Part shown: positions 1 to 9,756 of the stretch, piece after piece
Layout: each line of letters starts with the position of its first letter
Numbering within the stretch: position 1 is the first letter of the stretch
Source: Candidatus Acidiferrales bacterium
GTDB lineage: Bacteria > Acidobacteriota > Terriglobia > Terriglobales > Acidobacteriaceae
DNA length: 64,000 nucleotides
Assembly: GCA_035553195.1 (NCBI GenBank)
Contig: DATNDP010000221.1
Coordinates: forward strand, 11,379 to 75,378
Direction of reading: 5' to 3'
Made by a program: the position numbers and the translations under genes
Notes under the pieces: generated by a model
Databases searched by the model: none
What the model was told of the DNA's origin: nothing
Seen by the model: only the letters and a program-made list of their open reading frames with translations

Positions 1-1454
1 ACCACGGCGCAGAGAATGACGGCTTCACCGGCGCTTATTTCTTCCCCGGTGAGTTCTATGACTATCACTATCCGATTGTGCTTGCGGGACGGAACACCAT
101 CAATACGGATGCGACCGATGCTCGTGCAGGCGGTCCCAACGATGCTGGCGGGATCAACAAGATCGCGGGCGACTGGCATGAAACCATGTCCACCCACTGG
201 TTCCACGACCACATGTTCAGTTTCACTTCTCAGAACGTATACAAGGGCATGGCTGGGATGTTCAACATTTACAGTGCTCTCGATCGCGGCAATGAGGGAT
301 TGAATGACGGCGTGAACCTGCGCCTGCCCTCGGGCACCGCGAAGTCGTGGGGCAACCTGGAGTACGACATCAATCTCATGCTGGCCGACAAGGCATGGGA
401 TCAGGATGGACAGCTTTTCTTTGACATCTTCAATTTTGACGGCTTCCTGGGCGATCAGATGACGGTGAATCTGGTCTACAAGCCGTTCCTCGAAGTGGAG
501 CGCCGGAAGTATCGCTTCCGCATTCTGAATGGCGCTGTGTCGCGCTTCTTCAAGGTGGCCATTGCCAATGCTTCCGGCAGTGCCCAGCCGATGACCTTCA
601 TCGCCAACGACGGCAACCTCATGCCCAGCCCAGTGCTCCTTACGCAGCTGGATGAACAGGGAATCGCCGAGCGCTATGACATCGTGTTCGACTTCTCGAA
701 ATACAACATCGGCGACAAGATCTGGATGGTGAACTTGTGCGAGCACGAGAACGGCAAAAGACCGCATCAGGACTTGACTCTGTCGGCGGCGCTCTCGGGT
801 ACTTCCGGCGATCCATGCGTGGGCAAGTTCCTGGAATTCCGCATCGTGCGGAATCCGGCACAACCTGATCAGAGCCAGGTGCCTTCTGTCATGATTCCCA
901 ACCCTGATCTTTCTCAAATTCCTATTTCGCGAAACCGCATGTTCGAGTTTGGCGACAACGCCACGCAAGATACGAATAACCCGGTCACAACGTTCAGGGG
1001 ACCCTGGGGAATCAGGACCGACGATCAGGGGGCGAGGGCTGCCGCTGACTTTGGCCGCATCTCAGCGGCGCCGAAGTTCGGCACCCGTGAAGTTTGGACC
1101 CTGGTAAACAACGGCGGTGGATGGGACCACCCCATTCACATCCATTTTGAAGAAGGTCAGATTCTGGCCCGGAACGGAAGCGCAAGCAATGTTCCGGCCT
1201 GGGAGAAAGGCCGCAAAGATGTGTACCGCCTGCGTCCTGGCGGCAGTGTCCAATTGACCATGCAGTTCCGCGATTTCGGCGGAATGTTCATGGAACACTG
1301 CCATAACACGGTGCACGAAGACAACGCCATGCTGTTGCGTTGGGAAATCGACGATAGCGGTACGCCATTTCTTAGGCCTCTGCCGACGCCCATTCCCAAA
1401 CCGCAGGGCGTCACCTTCGAGGCCCCGGATGAAATTCTTTCCACCGCTTTCTAG
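1..1454 (+). CDS. multicopper oxidase, 5'-truncated by the window edge
   Basis: Frame 3 is open from position 3 (HGAENDGFTGAYFFPGEFYDYHYP precedes the first Met at 78), so the start lies upstream of the window. Copper-ligand motifs HWFHDH, HPIHIHFE and HCHNTVHEDNAM (HCHxxxHxxxxM) are present. Confidence 0.85.
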   Translation, partial: HGAENDGFTGAYFFPGEFYDYHYPIVLAGRNTINTDATDARAGGPNDAGGINKIAGDWHETMSTHWFHDHMFSFTSQNVYKGMAGMFNIYSALDRGNEGLNDGVNLRLPSGTAKSWGNLEYDINLMLADKAWDQDGQLFFDIFNFDGFLGDQMTVNLVYKPFLEVERRKYRFRILNGAVSRFFKVAIANASGSAQPMTFIANDGNLMPSPVLLTQLDEQGIAERYDIVFDFSKYNIGDKIWMVNLCEHENGKRPHQDLTLSAALSGTSGDPCVGKFLEFRIVRNPAQPDQSQVPSVMIPNPDLSQIPISRNRMFEFGDNATQDTNNPVTTFRGPWGIRTDDQGARAAADFGRISAAPKFGTREVWTLVNNGGGWDHPIHIHFEEGQILARNGSASNVPAWEKGRKDVYRLRPGGSVQLTMQFRDFGGMFMEHCHNTVHEDNAMLLRWEIDDSGTPFLRPLPTPIPKPQGVTFEAPDEILSTAF

Positions 1455-1686
1455 TGGAGAGGAAGCACGTTTGATCAAAGCAGCGAGCGGGCCGCTCTCA
1501 GCATCGGCGGCCCGCACGCTTTTGAGACTTCCGTTTTCCAAGTAAGAGGCTTGACCAGCGCGACGGAATATTTGATGGTTCCGCTTCGGAATGACGGTCG
1601 GGATTACTGGATGTTTGTCAGGGCTCTGCGGAATCGTAAATTTCTAAGAGTAGAGGGGGTCTTTTCTGGAGATGCGCAAAATAGTT

Positions 1687-1720
1687 AAGGGCCAGAGCTT
1701 CCGGGTCTCTGGCCCTTATT
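1687..1720. terminator. hairpin terminator between convergent genes
   Basis: AAGGGCCAGAG (1687-1697) pairs perfectly with CTCTGGCCCTT (1707-1717) across a 9-nt loop, followed by TTATT. It lies between the multicopper oxidase (+) and the SDR gene (-). Confidence 0.6.
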
Positions 1721-1825
1721 AGCAGTCGACGGATGAGCCTGCTTCTGAATAAGTAGAGTTGCTCTGGCCTGGTTTGATATATATCGCAGTGAGATTTTTC
1801 TTTGTTTCTCTTAACCGCTTAGGCT

Positions 1826-2704
1826 TTAGTGATCCTGCTTTTTCTTCCTGGGTTTAATGGCTTCCCACATTTCAGGCGTCAACAGGTCACCCAAGTGGTT
1901 GAATTCGGCTGCGCCCTGGAGCCACTCGCCACCATCCATCACAATCTGCTCGCCGTTGATATAGCCCGAATAGTCGCTGACCAGAAATGCCGCTAAGTTG
2001 GCCAATTCCTCATGCGTTCCGAAGCGGCCCAGCGGATTGCGTTTTTTAGCCAAGTCTTCCAACGATCTTACCGGCATAAGCCGGGAAAACGCGCCTTCTG
2101 TCGGAATCGGTCCCGGAGCTATGGCGTTGAAACGGATCCCCCGCTTGCCCCACTCGACTGCGAGGCTGCGCGTCAGGTTTAGAACGCCTGCTTTTGCTAC
2201 CGCGGACGGAACAACGTAAGGCGAGCCGGTTTCAGCATAGATGGTGGTGATGTTCAGCACATTCGCGCGATTTCCGGCCGCCAGCCAGCGTTTGCCGCAA
2301 GCCATGGTGCAATGGATGGTTCCCATCAGCACGATTCCGATCACCGCCTCGAACGCGCCGATGGAAAGATCCTCCGTGCGCGAAATGAAATTGCCCGCTG
2401 CGTTATTGACCAGCACATCCAGCGGGCCATCCTTCCAGAATTCTTCAATCATGACCTCCACGCGTGCTTTGTCGCGCACATCGCAAGGGAACGTTTTCAC
2501 GCGTGCGTCAGCTTTGATTGCGCGCAATTCGTCCGCGGTTTGCTTGAGCACTTCTTCTCGTCGGCCGCATACGTACAGTGAAGCGCCGAGCTCAAGAAAA
2601 CGCCTGCCCATGCTCTTGCCCAGTCCGGTTGCGCCTCCGGTGACAAGAATCCGTTTGCCTGCAAGTAGATTGGTCTGGAACACGGCTGAGATTGTAAATT
2701 TCAA
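1826..2704 (-). CDS. SDR-family oxidoreductase, 2,4-dienoyl-CoA reductase-like
   Basis: 292-aa ORF with the Rossmann motif TGGATGLGK and an NNAAGN motif, typical of classical SDRs. The start is TTG at 2704; an in-frame GTG at 2683 is an alternative. Confidence 0.85.
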   Translation of the reverse strand: MKFTISAVFQTNLLAGKRILVTGGATGLGKSMGRRFLELGASLYVCGRREEVLKQTADELRAIKADARVKTFPCDVRDKARVEVMIEEFWKDGPLDVLVNNAAGNFISRTEDLSIGAFEAVIGIVLMGTIHCTMACGKRWLAAGNRANVLNITTIYAETGSPYVVPSAVAKAGVLNLTRSLAVEWGKRGIRFNAIAPGPIPTEGAFSRLMPVRSLEDLAKKRNPLGRFGTHEELANLAAFLVSDYSGYINGEQIVMDGGEWLQGAAEFNHLGDLLTPEMWEAIKPRKKKQDH

Positions 2705-2720
2705 ATTAGAAATTTGAAAT
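2698..2720. repeat. perfect 9-bp inverted repeat ATTTCAAAT-N5-ATTTGAAAT in an AT-rich spacer
   Basis: Arms at 2698-2706 and 2712-2720. It spans the putative TTG start of the SDR gene, in the 51-nt AT-rich gap downstream of the CoA-transferase stop (2756). Confidence 0.6.
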
Positions 2721-2755
2721 CAGAAATAACGAATTGCAAATTCAAGGATCACAAT

Positions 2756-3595
2756 TCACCTGACCGCGACGATCGGTAAATCTCTTTCCTCTGCCCACTT
2801 CTCCCATTGGGCCGCACTGCGCTGGCTGAAAACATGTGTGAATGTAGCGTGATCAGACTGCGACAGCCTGAGCTCTGCCATAAGCCGCTGTGCGAAATGC
2901 GCTTCCAGTGCGGCGATCGCAATCCAGCCATCGCTGGTTTCATACAGTCCATAAAACGGCGAGCCGCCGCCAAGCACCCCATCTCGACTCGTGAGGCCTG
3001 CGTTCACCGGCGCACTCAATTCTTCAGCGCAATGGTAGAGGGATATCGACGCGCAACAAGCTTCTCCTGTGCGGGCAGCATGCAGCAACAGTGCCAATGC
3101 CTCGCTCACGCACCGTTCTGCGCCGGCCAGATCGACAAACAGTGTTGAGGGAAGCTCAGGCGGCGTGACCAATCCGGTTTCAGCCAGATACGTCAGATCA
3201 TGTCCGCTCTTTTCTTCATTGGGCGCCGGATACCCGATAATCCCGGCGAAGCACAGTTTAGGAAAGCGCGCGTGCAGGTTCTCCCAATCCAATCCGAGTC
3301 GTCGCAGTGCGGAAGGGCGGTACGAGGCAAGCAGGAGATCGGCTTTGCCAAGCAGCCGGTCGAGTTCCGCGCGCCCGTTGGGATCCTTCAGGTCGAGCGT
3401 GATGATGATTTGTCCCCGGCACAGCGACTCATACCACTCGCGAGCGAACAGCATCAACGGATCGCCCGTTGGCGGTTCCACTTTCGTGACCCTCGCCCCC
3501 ATTCGCGCCAGCCGCGAAGCGGCAACTGGTCCGGGCGTATTGATGCTGAGACTCACAACGCTGACGTCCCTCAGCAGTTCAGATTGTTCAGCCAT
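2756..3595 (-). CDS. CoA-transferase family III (CaiB/BaiF-like) protein
   Basis: The N-terminal LRDVSVVSLSINTPGPVAASRLARMGARVTKVEPPTGDP matches the family III CoA-transferase signature, and a GHDLTYLA segment sits at the expected catalytic Asp. ATG 3595 was chosen; the track ORF extends to TTG 3646. Confidence 0.8.
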   Translation of the reverse strand: MAEQSELLRDVSVVSLSINTPGPVAASRLARMGARVTKVEPPTGDPLMLFAREWYESLCRGQIIITLDLKDPNGRAELDRLLGKADLLLASYRPSALRRLGLDWENLHARFPKLCFAGIIGYPAPNEEKSGHDLTYLAETGLVTPPELPSTLFVDLAGAERCVSEALALLLHAARTGEACCASISLYHCAEELSAPVNAGLTSRDGVLGGGSPFYGLYETSDGWIAIAALEAHFAQRLMAELRLSQSDHATFTHVFSQRSAAQWEKWAEERDLPIVAVR

Positions 3596-3758
3596 GCCTG
3601 CGAAGGATAGGGCAGAGGATGGGCTTCGCGCAATTGCGATCAGCAAATTACGGGATCCGGCTGAAGCACCTGCGCAGATCAGTGCAATCAGCCTGGCCGG
3701 TCACGATATGGTTTTCAAAACGCGCATGTTAGAATCCGCTGCGCTCACTGGAGAGAAC

Positions 3759-5069
3759 ATGTTGCGCAAAATTCTTGCCTTCATCGCCCTATTCACCTTC
3801 ACCGCTGCCGCGACTCAGCGCCAGAATAATTCCGACTATCGCGCCCGCCGCCAGGCACTCGCCACCGCGATGAGCTCCGATCGCGGCACACTCGTTCTGT
3901 TCGCGCCTCTTGAGCCCGAGGGGCAGAACGATCTGTATGGATTTCGCCAGGAGGATAACTTTTATTACATCACCGGGTGGGCTGAACCGGGCGCGGCGAT
4001 AGTGATCACTTCAAGCCCCTACTCAGAAATCCTGTTTCTTCCCGAGCATAATCGGACACAGGAGAAATGGACCGGCCCCAAGCTGGGACCGGAAACTCCT
4101 GAGGCGCCGAAACTCACCGGTTTTGACAAGGTTTATAGCCTCGACAGGATTCACGACGAGCTGCTGCGCATCCTGCCGCAGCCCCGCGCATTGATCTACG
4201 CCGATCTCGGCAGCAATGGGCAGACCACTGCCTCAACCGGCCCCATGGAGTGGCTGCGCCGCACCAATTCCTTCCCGAATTATGTCAGCTTCCGCGACGC
4301 CCGGCCTCTGCTGACTAGGTTGCGCATGGTGAAGGACGCAGGCGAAATTGATCTGATCCGCCATGCAACCCAGGCCTCGGTTGCCGCCCATCTTGCGGCG
4401 CTCAAAGCGATCCATCCGGGTGTTACGGAACGCGAGATCTCTGCCCTGATGCAATATGAGTTTGGCAAGCGCGGCTGCGAGCGCCCGGCCTACGCGCCCA
4501 TCGTCGGCTCGGGGTTCTATTCCACCGTGCTTCACTACTCAGACGATTCCCAAGTCATGAAAGATGGCAATGTGGTCGTGATGGACGTTGCGGGCGAGTT
4601 CTCCATGTACGCATCTGATATCACGCGCACTGCTCCGGTGAACGGCCGCTTCAGCACACGTCAGCGTGAAATCTACAACATTGTTCTCGGCGCGCAGGAA
4701 GCTGCTATCCATGCATTTCAGGCCGGCAAGTCCAAATTGACGGGCAACGATCCAGATTCTTTGTACAAGCTCGCCAAGGACTACATTGATTCGCACGGCA
4801 AAGACCTTCACGGCCAGCCGCTGGGAAAATACTTCATTCACGGTCTCGGTCACCACGTTGGCCTGAGCGTACACGATGCCAGCGATCCCACAGTTCCCCT
4901 CAGCAAAGGGATGGTATTTACGCTTGAGCCTGGAATCTATATTCCTGAGGAAAAGATCGGCGTACGCATTGAAGACGTGTTCTACGTTGACAATGACGGT
5001 AAGCTGGTCATGCTGAGCCAGGGCCTGCCACGCACCGCGGATGAGGTGGAGGAGGCCATGAAGGAGTAG
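3759..5069 (+). CDS. Xaa-Pro aminopeptidase (peptidase M24B) with signal peptide
   Basis: M24 metal-ligand motifs are present (DVAGEF..YASDITRT, HGLGHHVGLSVHD, EPGIYIPEE..GVRIED). The start is placed at MLRKILAFIALFTFTAAA (signal-like). The 230 codons upstream in the track ORF are antisense to the CoA-transferase gene. Confidence 0.85.
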   Translation: MLRKILAFIALFTFTAAATQRQNNSDYRARRQALATAMSSDRGTLVLFAPLEPEGQNDLYGFRQEDNFYYITGWAEPGAAIVITSSPYSEILFLPEHNRTQEKWTGPKLGPETPEAPKLTGFDKVYSLDRIHDELLRILPQPRALIYADLGSNGQTTASTGPMEWLRRTNSFPNYVSFRDARPLLTRLRMVKDAGEIDLIRHATQASVAAHLAALKAIHPGVTEREISALMQYEFGKRGCERPAYAPIVGSGFYSTVLHYSDDSQVMKDGNVVVMDVAGEFSMYASDITRTAPVNGRFSTRQREIYNIVLGAQEAAIHAFQAGKSKLTGNDPDSLYKLAKDYIDSHGKDLHGQPLGKYFIHGLGHHVGLSVHDASDPTVPLSKGMVFTLEPGIYIPEEKIGVRIEDVFYVDNDGKLVMLSQGLPRTADEVEEAMKE

Positions 5070-5128
5070 CCAGGCTCGCTCCGCAACAATTTGGCTTCAG
5101 AGCTGGAAAACCGGTCGCCCAGTAAATC

Positions 5129-5161
5129 ACGACAGCTCTCGCGCACATCGCGAGCTGTGTG
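5129..5161. terminator. imperfect hairpin between convergent genes
   Basis: CACGACAGCTCTCG...CGAGCTGTGTG forms a stem of about 12 bp with one bulge and one mismatch. There is no clear T-tract, so this is weak. Confidence 0.3.
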
Positions 5162-5206
5162 ATCCAAGAAAATGGCCGTTCACCAAACTCCCATGGCTAA
5201 ACGGTA

Positions 5207-5935
5207 TCATTTCACCGTTACCGCCAGCGTGTCATGGTGCTCTCGAATAAACCGCCGCAGATACGGTCCGATATCACCGGGTGACTGAAAACCCGCCGCC
5301 TTGGCCGCCGCTTCCTGGTCTTTTGCCGGCACATCGGCGCTCTGGGCGTAGTGTTTCAAGTCGCGAAACACACCAATGGTAAAGATATCCCACGCGGCTC
5401 CCTGATCGCGCACAAAGATGAAGTTCTCTGGCTCGTGGACCGCCCTGGAGTATGCATTTTCCATTTCGCGTTCCTTGTATAAGTCGGCAAACATTCCCGG
5501 CAGAGAAATGAACATCTCCACGTGAAACAGGCCGCCGTCGCCCAATGACTTGCGCAGCTCAGCCACAGGCGGACCGTACGCGAAAAGATCTTCCTGCCAG
5601 GCGACGTCCGATGTTATCTGCTTAGCCGTCCTCGATTCTGCCTTGCTTCGTCTAGCGATGCGCTCGCTTTGGTAATAGTCCGTGTAGCTTCCCATGGGGT
5701 AGAGGATCATCAGGTCCCAGTGGTCGCCCTGGCTGTGGCGGATCCAGAGCGGCGTCTCGTCGCCCGCGGATTTCAAATCTGGAAACCTCGCTTTGTTTAG
5801 CTCAATCAGTTCCGTCAATTTTCCCGGCGCTGCCTGGACCAGGGTGACTTTGTACAAATATGAGTTATCGGCGGCAAACGCGCGCGAGCCAAGAGCTGCG
5901 AGAATGGTGCACAAAAGCAGTGTGAGCTTCTTCAT
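5207..5935 (-). CDS. hypothetical secreted protein
   Basis: 242-aa ORF with an N-terminal signal peptide (MKKLTLLLCTILAALGSRAFA). No motif recognised. Confidence 0.6.
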   Translation of the reverse strand: MKKLTLLLCTILAALGSRAFAADNSYLYKVTLVQAAPGKLTELIELNKARFPDLKSAGDETPLWIRHSQGDHWDLMILYPMGSYTDYYQSERIARRSKAESRTAKQITSDVAWQEDLFAYGPPVAELRKSLGDGGLFHVEMFISLPGMFADLYKEREMENAYSRAVHEPENFIFVRDQGAAWDIFTIGVFRDLKHYAQSADVPAKDQEAAAKAAGFQSPGDIGPYLRRFIREHHDTLAVTVK

Positions 5936-6080
5936 AGGTGGCTTTCCTTAGTACGCTTCAATCTGCCTGCTCGTCAAGCGGCAGTGCTGCCCAGAGGCTG
6001 ATTGCGCGCGGCAGCAGCGGATGGTACCTTAAGAAGTTTGCAGTGTGAACGAATTTTGATTCGTGGAGGAATCACGCGAG

Positions 6081-7526
6081 ATGGCGTCTTCATACAACGG
6101 TAATCCCCTTCCGGCGGGCGGAAGTCCTGTTACTTTCAGTGGCGGCAAGCTGCAGATCCCTGACAATCCCATAATTCCCTACATCGAAGGTGACGGCACG
6201 GGGCGTGATATCTGGGCGGCATCGGTCCGCGTTTTCGACGCGGCAGTGGAAAAGGCTTACGGCGGGAAACGGAAAATTCACTGGTACGAGGTTTTCGCTG
6301 GCGAAAAGGCTTTTACTAAGTTCAAGAACTGGCTGCCGCAGGAAACCGTTGACGCAATTCGAGACCTTCACATCTCCATCAAAGGCCCCCTCACCACTCC
6401 GGTCGGCGGCGGTATTCGTTCCCTCAATGTGGCCCTGCGTCAGATCCTCGATCTTTATGGCTGCGTTCGTCCGGTGCGCTATTACCAGGGCGTACCTTCG
6501 CCGGTGAAACATCCTGAGCAGCTCAATGTGGTGATCTTCCGCGAAAATACTGAGGACGTTTATATCGGCATTGAATGGCAGCAGGGGACGCCGGAAGTAA
6601 AAAAAGTGATCGACTTCCTCAATAACACCATGCTGGCCGGCGGCAAGAAACGTATCCGCGAAGATTCGGGAGTCAGCATCAAGCCGATCTCCATTTTTGG
6701 CACCAAGCGGCTGGTGCGTATGGCCATTCAGCACGCCATCAAGTATAACCGCCGTTCCGTCACGCTTGTGCACAAGGGCAACATCCAAAAATTTACCGAG
6801 GGTGCGTTCCGCGAGTGGGGTTATGAAGTGGCGCGGGATGAATTCCGCGACAAAGTTGTGACCGAGCGCGAGAGCTGGATCCTGGATAACAAGGACAAGA
6901 ACCCGAACCTTACCATTGAGCAGAACGCGGCATTGGTTGAGCCCGGGCTTGAATATGCTGCGGAGAGCTTCAGGCAGGAGATTTACAAGGAGGTAAAGAC
7001 CTGCCTCGATTCCATCGGCACTACGCACGGCGCGGGAGCCTGGAAGAAGAAGATCATGATCAATGATCGTATCGCCGACTCCATTTTCCAGCAGGTCATC
7101 ACTCGGCCGGCGGAGTACGACATTCTGGCGACCCCCAACTTGAACGGCGATTACATCTCTGATGCCTGCGCAGCCCAGGTTGGCGGGCTGGGAATTGCTC
7201 CCGGGGCCAATATCGGCGACCAGCACGCGATTTTTGAAGCCACGCACGGCACAGCTCCGAAATATGCCGACAAGGACGTAATTAATCCCGGCTCTGTGAT
7301 GCTGTCAGGAGTGATGATGCTGGACTTTATGGGCTGGAGTGAGGCCGCGAGGCTGATTGAGACCTCGATCGAAGCGACGATTCAGCAGAAGTTCGTAACC
7401 TACGACTTTGAGCGCCTGATGCCCGGGTCGCATAAGGTCAAGACCAGCGAGTTCGGCTCATACATCATTGACAACATGGTGGACCGTCGCAAGAAGGCCG
7501 GTGTGCCGGAAGCGCAGCACGTGTAA
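6081..7526 (+). CDS. icd: NADP-dependent isocitrate dehydrogenase
   Basis: Shows the isocitrate/isopropylmalate dehydrogenase hallmarks: [14 protein letters not shown], the [11 protein letters not shown] substrate loop, and [25 protein letters not shown] 6081 was preferred to GTG 6063. Confidence 0.9.
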   Translation: MASSYNGNPLPAGGSPVTFSGGKLQIPDNPIIPYIEGDGTGRDIWAASVRVFDAAVEKAYGGKRKIHWYEVFAGEKAFTKFKNWLPQETVDAIRDLHISIKGPLTTPVGGGIRSLNVALRQILDLYGCVRPVRYYQGVPSPVKHPEQLNVVIFRENTEDVYIGIEWQQGTPEVKKVIDFLNNTMLAGGKKRIREDSGVSIKPISIFGTKRLVRMAIQHAIKYNRRSVTLVHKGNIQKFTEGAFREWGYEVARDEFRDKVVTERESWILDNKDKNPNLTIEQNAALVEPGLEYAAESFRQEIYKEVKTCLDSIGTTHGAGAWKKKIMINDRIADSIFQQVITRPAEYDILATPNLNGDYISDACAAQVGGLGIAPGANIGDQHAIFEATHGTAPKYADKDVINPGSVMLSGVMMLDFMGWSEAARLIETSIEATIQQKFVTYDFERLMPGSHKVKTSEFGSYIIDNMVDRRKKAGVPEAQHV

Positions 7527-7628
7527 CCATTTCACCGTGATTGATCGTGTGCTCGAAGGTGCTGTTGAGTTGTTGCTTGAGCGCTGTTTTACGCCGTCAT
7601 CATCATTCGCAAGAAGGAAAGGGAACTC

Positions 7629-8555
7629 ATGCGTAAAAAAGTAACCGTAGTAGGAGCAGGGAACGTAGGCGCCACCGCAGCCCACTGGATAGCTTCCAAA
7701 GAGCTTGCGAACGTCGTGCTGGTTGATGTCCTTGAAGGCATTCCCCAGGGCAAAGGCCTTGACCTGCTGGAAGCCATGCCGGTGGAAAAACGCGACTCAT
7801 TCGTGCTCGGGACCAACGACTACGCCGATACGGCGAATTCTGACATTGTGGTCATTACGGCAGGAATCGCTCGTAAACCAGGCATGAGCCGCGACGACCT
7901 GCTGAACACAAACTACAAAATTATGCAGGACGTGATCGGCAAGGTCGTGGCAAACTCGCCCAACTCCATCCTGATCGTGGTTTCTAATCCGCTTGATGCC
8001 ATGTCGCAGGCGGCCTACAAGCTGAGCAAATTTTCCCGTAACCGCGTCATCGGCATGGCGGGCGTACTTGATTCCGCGCGCTTCCGCACGTTTATCGCGC
8101 AGGAATTGAAGGTGAGCGTGGAAAATGTGACTGCGTTCGTGCTCGGCGGGCACGGCGATACTATGGTCCCGCTTCCGCGTTACTCCACTGTCGCAGGCAT
8201 TCCCATCACGGAGCTCATTCCAAAAGACCGGCTTGAGGCAATTGTGCAGCGCACGCGCGAAGGCGGAGCCGAGATCGTGAAATACCTGAAGACCGGCAGC
8301 GCCTATTATGCACCTTCCGCCTCCGCGACAGAAATGGTCGAGGCCATCCTGAAAGACAAGAAGAAGATTCTTCCGTGCGCGGTCTATCTACAGGGCGAAT
8401 ACGGCATCAAGGACCTGTTTGTCGGCGTTCCATGCAAGCTCGGCGCCAATGGCCTGGAGCAGATTATCGAGATTAAACTCACTGCGGAGGAGCAAGCCGC
8501 GCTCAGGAAGAGCGCCGATGCGGTGGCGGAACTGGTTAAGGTGATCGGCATATAG
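7629..8555 (+). CDS. mdh: malate dehydrogenase (LDH-like type)
   Basis: Contains [14 protein letters not shown] (NAD fold), [16 protein letters not shown] and GGHGDTMVP motifs. A good Shine-Dalgarno sequence (AAGGAAAGGGA) lies upstream. Confidence 0.95.
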   Translation: MRKKVTVVGAGNVGATAAHWIASKELANVVLVDVLEGIPQGKGLDLLEAMPVEKRDSFVLGTNDYADTANSDIVVITAGIARKPGMSRDDLLNTNYKIMQDVIGKVVANSPNSILIVVSNPLDAMSQAAYKLSKFSRNRVIGMAGVLDSARFRTFIAQELKVSVENVTAFVLGGHGDTMVPLPRYSTVAGIPITELIPKDRLEAIVQRTREGGAEIVKYLKTGSAYYAPSASATEMVEAILKDKKKILPCAVYLQGEYGIKDLFVGVPCKLGANGLEQIIEIKLTAEEQAALRKSADAVAELVKVIGI

Positions 8556-8610
8556 CTCACCAAATCGGATAATTCGATGGACACTCCGCCATCGCACATA
8601 TTGTTCAATT

Positions 8611-9195
8611 CTATCCGACTCTATTTTCAGGAGAGAGCAAGGAGGTGGACTCGTCTCCGCCTCCCCCTCCATACTTCTTCAAATCCTCATCCAACACGGT
8701 CCGCAAAATTGTGCTCAGATTCCATTCTGAAACTACGATCACGGGAGCATCCAGGTACAACGAGACATATTGCTCCTGGTTCATTAGTTGCTGCAGTCCG
8801 GAAGGCGTGGCGACCGTGTATTTGGTCTCCCAGGTCTGTTCGCTGCCGGGATCTTGAACAACCAAAAAGAGCTCGTCATAGAAGCTCCTGGGATCAACCG
8901 GTCCGCGGACAAGGTCCGTTTTGGCGAAGTAATAATTCGTGTAGTAGGGACGGTTAAATCCGCCTTTTTCGTCCTGTTCGACCGCAGGAAGACTGAACGG
9001 AAAGCCTATCTCTGCCCCGGTCAGGCCCTCACCTTGCGACGCAGTCGCTTCATCTACCGGCTGGACCGGTAGCAGGGCCGCGCCATCATGCGGAAGCTGG
9101 TGGGCGTGCACTTCTGAAGCAGCCGAAAGCATTCGGCCCAGCAGGAGCAGCAACAGGAACGCGCCCACAAAAATCAGAATCTTGATCGGGTCCAA
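8611..9195 (-). CDS. hypothetical membrane-anchored protein
   Basis: 194-aa ORF with a TTG start and a single N-terminal TM helix (ILIFVGAFLLLLLLG). No family recognised. Confidence 0.5.
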   Translation of the reverse strand: MDPIKILIFVGAFLLLLLLGRMLSAASEVHAHQLPHDGAALLPVQPVDEATASQGEGLTGAEIGFPFSLPAVEQDEKGGFNRPYYTNYYFAKTDLVRGPVDPRSFYDELFLVVQDPGSEQTWETKYTVATPSGLQQLMNQEQYVSLYLDAPVIVVSEWNLSTILRTVLDEDLKKYGGGGGDESTSLLSPENRVG

Positions 9196-9209
9196 CTCGG
9201 CTGCTTCCT

Positions 9210-9740
9210 TCAGGCCACCCGTTCAATGGTTACTGACTGCAGTGAGACCTGATTCACCGGGCGGTCTTGAGCGCCTCGTTTAAGCTTGGAAATCTTGTCG
9301 GCCACGTCCTGACCTTCTACCACTTCGCCAAAAATCGTGTGATTGCCTGTAAGCCAGGGCGTAGCCGCAACTGTTATAAAAAACTGGCTTCCGTTCGTTC
9401 CGGGACCGGCATTCGCCATCGCCAGCTTGCCCGGCTTATCGAACTTGTACGGAGACCCTTTGGTTTCATCCTGGAATTTATACCCCGGTCCGCCCATACC
9501 GGTCCCGCTGGGATCTCCGCCCTGGATCATGAAGTCGGGAATGACGCGGTGAAAGATCGTGCCATTGTATAGCGGACCGTTGCCGCCCTTTCCGCTCACG
9601 TTATCTTTCCAGCTCCGTTTACCTTCCGCCAGATCGATGAAGTTCTTTGTGGTGACAGGCGCTTCTTTTTCGAAAAGGCGGCAGACGATCTTTCCCTCGC
9701 TGGTATTCAAGACGGCGTAGGTTCCTTGCTCGCGGCTCAT
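9210..9740 (-). CDS. peptidylprolyl isomerase, cyclophilin type (cytoplasmic)
   Basis: Cyclophilin motifs FHRVIPDFMIQGGDP, LAMANAGPGTNGSQFFI and HTIFGEVV are present. No signal peptide. Confidence 0.9.
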   Translation of the reverse strand: MSREQGTYAVLNTSEGKIVCRLFEKEAPVTTKNFIDLAEGKRSWKDNVSGKGGNGPLYNGTIFHRVIPDFMIQGGDPSGTGMGGPGYKFQDETKGSPYKFDKPGKLAMANAGPGTNGSQFFITVAATPWLTGNHTIFGEVVEGQDVADKISKLKRGAQDRPVNQVSLQSVTIERVA

Positions 9741-9756
9741 GAGTTCTCTCTCCTCC

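Noticed and set aside
3069-3758. 5' extension of the aminopeptidase ORF (the track gives 3069-5069, 666 aa).
   Set aside because: The first 230 codons are antisense to the CoA-transferase gene and look non-proteinaceous (Ser/Arg/Ala-rich). A signal peptide and the homologous region begin at ATG 3759.
6090-7247. 385-aa ORF antisense to icd. Other long antisense ORFs of the same kind: 13110-13769 and 13154-13843, 14921-15808, 20448-21194, 26214-26870, 38879-39667, 48448-49116, 49458-50126, 51307-51999, 52095-52778, 58964-59542, 60566-61246.
   Set aside because: Each lies entirely opposite a gene with unmistakable family motifs. Their translations are Arg/Ala/Gly/Pro-rich and motif-free, as expected for shadow ORFs in GC-rich DNA. 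No Shine-Dalgarno or independent evidence supports them.
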